Source of the DNA: Amphiscolops sp. MND2022
Lineage: Eukaryota
NCBI GenBank assembly: GCA_964187785.1
Contig: OZ076413.1
Span: forward strand, 23,126,001 to 23,190,000
Direction of reading: 5' to 3'
Length of the DNA: 64,000 bases
This document shows positions 60,501 to 64,000 of this stretch, in pieces. The notes under the pieces were generated by a model that was not told the origin of the DNA, did no database searches, and saw nothing but the letters and a program-made list of their open reading frames with translations. Every line of letters starts with the position of its first letter. Positions within the stretch are counted from its first letter, which is position 1. Position numbers and translations under genes: made by a program.

Positions 60501-62393
60501 GGTTGTTGTTGACGTAATCATAAGAAATAAGGTTATTATTTTTTCTCAAATCAACCAGTAGTCTTAGTTTACCGTTGGGTTTTTTCTGCGCGAAAATGGG
60601 ACTGACATACTTTAAGAATGGTAATGTCGTTATAATACCATAATTATGAAGTAACGCCAGTTCGACCAATATGTCCTCTTTGAGGTTGACTGGAGTAGGT
60701 AGGCTCTGACTGTAAGTAGGTGATTCGTCCTTCGGGGTCAGTTTGACCGTGAATTCTTCATTGACACCGATATCAAATCTATCACGCGCGAAGATGTCAT
60801 GAAATTCTACTAGGAGAGCTTCTATTTGTTTGATCTCGTGTTGTTGTAGCATTGAGTCTTTCCAGTAGAAATTACTGAGGAATTTGTGCGGAGATTCTGC
60901 ATCGTCGTGTGGATTAAGTTTTTTCTAGTTCTTGTAAGTTTCGCAATTCTCTGAGGATTCGTTGTTGTATTGGTGCATGGGACGCTTCGTCCCCTGGGTT
61001 CTCGGGCGTTGGGAACCAATATTGTTCATATTGGTCAATGTTTCTATTGGCTTTGAAAAAACTGCTAATATATTAAATGGCATCTTCTTCATTCTCATTG
61101 AGAAAGTGCCAGGTGGATACTGGGTCTATCGACCTGACATGCTTCATCTGTTCGGGAGTCATCACTGAGAAGTTTGCAAGATGCAACCCTTTCTTAAGTT
61201 TGTATTGTTGGTCAGTGAAATTGTTTGACATGTATACTCATTGTCCCTTCGTGTAATGTGACTATAGCGGCGCAAACGGCTACGTCGCTCTCTTCACGGA
61301 GAAGGTCGCTGGGTTGTAATATTCCAGTAACTGCATTTTCTGCGTAAATTTGGGACTGAATATGAATGACTGTGTGGTCATTTGGCGGAATCGTGACGTC
61401 CTCGGGATTGAGGATAGGTTCCAGTACATATAAATAATTGTGGTCAGCTGTTTTGAGTTGCGTTGAGAAGAAGGGAAAATTTAGTATTCCTTGGCGCATG
61501 TCTAGGACTGTGAGGTTTCTTTGTAAGAACATTAGTCCAAGAATGGGACTAGACAATTGTTCCATTACGATAAAAATTTCATGGAACTCTATGTCTCTGA
61601 CCTCAAACTTCAGTTTGATGGTACTTTTCGGGGTTTCTAAATCTCCATTTGCAACCATTATTGGAAAAGATGGGGCAGGTCCTTCTTTTACTATGGATTG
61701 AGGTGCTAATAAGTGTATTTTCCTGAGTTCTGCCTCCGGTATTGCGCTGGAGTGTGCCCCAGTGTCTATTAGGCCGTCTAAAGTTAGCTCCCCAAATTCC
61801 ATTGGAAAGTACATCATCCGTCGTTTGAATTTGAGGCCAAGGTTGGTTGAGAGGGGAATGTAAGATGGCTCTCCCTCTTTTTCTTCATCCAAGAGGTGCA
61901 AGAAGGCTGTTTCATCCAAGAGGCTAAAAGGGTCTTGGTGATTTTCTTGTCGGTATGGTTCCTCTACTTCTTGAAAGATTGCTTCAGAGTTCGGCTGCCA
62001 AAGTTCAACGAGGGCCCGCGATAGGTTGTTGTCCAATAATTCAGGGTCGTCCACGTCGTCCGTTGGGGGATAATCTTCACGTCTAAACTGCAAATTTTGT
62101 TTATCATATAATTCGTCATCCCAATACGAGTCTTTCCCGTACTCAGGGTCAATATATTGAGGGTTGTAATCTTCGATCAATTGTAAGGGGCGAAAATGAG
62201 TCTCAAAGTCTTTAATGTAGTCAAAATCATAGTATCGGTCTGGGCGATCGTGATGTACTTTTTTGTAGGTTTTGATGTAAGCTTTTTCTATCTGTTGCTG
62301 CCAGACATCGGACGGCGTGCCATCTGTGTCATTGATATTGTGGCGGAAGGTAATCATTGGATGGTCTGATATGACATTTTGTCGAACCGACAT
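57577..62393 (-). pseudogene. pol: Gypsy pol (protease, RT, RNase H, integrase) with frameshifts
   Basis: LIDTGAHSS (protease). KKPNGKLRLLVDLR, NHPVSTL, LDCSQAY and YVED (RT, YxDD mutated). FMTDASF and ELLVIYYA (RH). IDVFSRYLFAYP and WIGPFIV (integrase). Confidence 0.95.
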
Positions 62394-62399
62394 ATAGTC

Positions 62400-63557
62400 A
62401 TGTATTTGGAGTCGTGGCGAAATCAGTTTTTTGACTCAGGCTTTTTAAAGGAGGATTGGTTTGAGGATGAGTCTTCATTATTGTTTGACTTTTTGTATTT
62501 TCCTTCATCCTTTGAGTCATCATTGGCTTTTTCATCGTTTCTAGTCCTCTTGGGACTTAGATGTTTGCCAGCGCCTTGCCAACGTTTTTCCTTTTTTGAT
62601 TATTTTCCCACATATATCACCGGGTAGGTTGGGCGTGGCGGTTTCTTGCCATTTTCATCCTCCAATTCTTTTTCCTTTCTCAATTTCGGACAATTTTTGT
62701 ATAAATGTCAGGTTGCCTTGCAGTATGCACATTGGGCTTCTTTGCTGGTATCAATACCCGTGGACAGTAAGTTGCGGCTATTAGAAGATGATAAGGCCAT
62801 GGTGGCGATTGGTAGGTCATCTGATTCCTCCAATGCATTGAGTTCGAGTTCACGTTTTAAATGAGCTACAATTTCTTCGTATGTCCCGTTCTTCAAACGG
62901 GCCATGTTGACAGATCTGTTTAGTTCTTGTGGTAATTTAGCGTATAGCAAGCTGTCAATCAAGCTTTTTTGCATTTTCACCAAAGGCTTTCTCGGCGCCT
63001 TGGTTCAATTATCCTAAGAAATCAGGCAATTTTATGGTATTAGGGTAGAAAATGGGTCTGTGCCATTTATGTTTTGCCGTCGCTTGAGATTCCGGCTTTA
63101 CATATTTGCGTCGAAATATGACCAGCACGTCCTCGAGTGTTTGACGAATGATGGAATTTATGTTCCTGAATGTCTGCAATGCCCCTTTTGGCAGCAAGGA
63201 ATGAAAGTGATAAATTTGCATTTGTTCTGTCATTACGGGTTGCATTTTGATCAATGTGTGGAACAAGTCCTCAAAAAGCTCAAATTTTTCACTCTTTCCG
63301 TCAAATGTCTTGGGAGTTGTTGTTGCTGGTCTAATCGTCATTGGCTGTGGTTTATTCTGTAGGTTAACTAGAACGTCAGCCAATCTGTTTAATGGGTCCT
63401 GGCGTGTTTGTTGCACCTCAGGTTCTGGGGCTGGCAGAGTCGAGTCCAGAGAGACATTATGGGTCGATTCCTTTCGCTCAAGATTCGGGTGTGAGTGGAT
63501 TCGTCCAGTCAGGAATTCAAGAAACTGCTGTTGGGTGTCGATAGCTCCTGTCACCAT
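62400..63557 (-). pseudogene. gag: Gypsy gag
   Basis: FDGKSEKFELFEDLFHT, YHFHSLL..GALQTF, knuckle CAYCKAT*HLYKNC at ~62690-62730. Confidence 0.88.
63540..63556 (-). promoter_or_regulatory. Primer-binding site
   Basis: TGGTGACAGGAGCTATC directly after the LTR end TTACA. The priming tRNA was not identified. Confidence 0.7.
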
Positions 63558-64000
63558 GTAAGGACTTCTGACTCTAGGGGATCTTAAGTCACCAACAGGC
63601 CTTGAGTCCTTTTTCGTAATTTTACTTTTAAACCCACTGTTCGTTTCAGTATTCTCCTGGCTATTAGGGGACGAACAATTCGGTGTCCCTGTTCCCTGAA
63701 GAAGACAGCGAACTGACCATATTTTGAATTTCCGGTATGACTCCGTCAGCCATCGCTGTGTTAATTGCCCTATTTATTTGGCTATGCATCATGGCCATCA
63801 TAGAGTCCATTTCCTGTGTGAGTCTCATGTTAATTTCACTGGTAAAAGTTTCCATTGTTTCATGGAACCTATCTTGCCTAGGAAATTCATTCTCGTGGAC
63901 AAAGTGCTCAAAATCATTTTCATGAGTTTCCTTTTCTTCCTGTTGAAGATTGGGCTCAGTATCCCTGTGGTCTCCTGTAATCCCAATTACATTCGAAAGT
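63557..64000 (-). repeat. 5' LTR (partial, truncated by the window)
   Basis: Homologous to 49544-~49990. Confidence 0.88.

Larger units (their letters stand above)
49544..64000 (-). mobile_element. Large Ty3/Gypsy LTR retrotransposon (>14.4 kb, 5' LTR runs off the window) with a ~7-kb accessory region
   Basis: LTR copies at 49544-50361 and 63557-64000+ (~90% identical by eye). PBS TGGTGACAGGAGC at 63556-63544. PPT AGATGGGAGTGGCGG at 50376-50362. gag-PR-RT-RH-INT on the - strand. Confidence 0.9.

Overview
AT-rich eukaryotic (animal-type, intron-containing) DNA dominated by decayed transposable elements, with a 200-N scaffold gap at 31195-31394. The organism cannot be determined from the sequence alone. 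(1) A + strand spliced host gene, probably Patched/sterol-sensing-domain family (exons ~495-18084), has one intron that holds a 13.2-kb BEL/Pao LTR retrotransposon (1453-14701) with a triplicated gag. (2) A 471-bp hAT deletion derivative has an 8-bp TSD. (3) A Ty3/Gypsy element (19893-28470) has a duplicated RNaseH-integrase block and a 60-bp-arm hairpin in its LTR. (4) A decayed A32-like packaging ATPase of Polinton/Maverick type lies at ~28.9-29.4 kb. (5) There are orphan exons/ORFs, a tRNA-derived SINE and Helentron-like non-autonomous repeats. (6) A head-to-tail pair of deleted Gypsy copies spans 38-45 kb. (7) A >14.4-kb minus-strand Gypsy element (49544 to beyond 64000) has LTRs that encode the gag N-terminus, and its ~7-kb post-integrase region carries accessory ORFs. 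These include an antisense, intron-containing gene that looks like a catalytically eroded hAT transposase, split by a 1.8-kb internal inversion. Five unrelated, nearly spacer-less palindromes of 100-155 bp are scattered across the window. All identities were counted by eye and all family assignments rest on motif recognition, not database searches.
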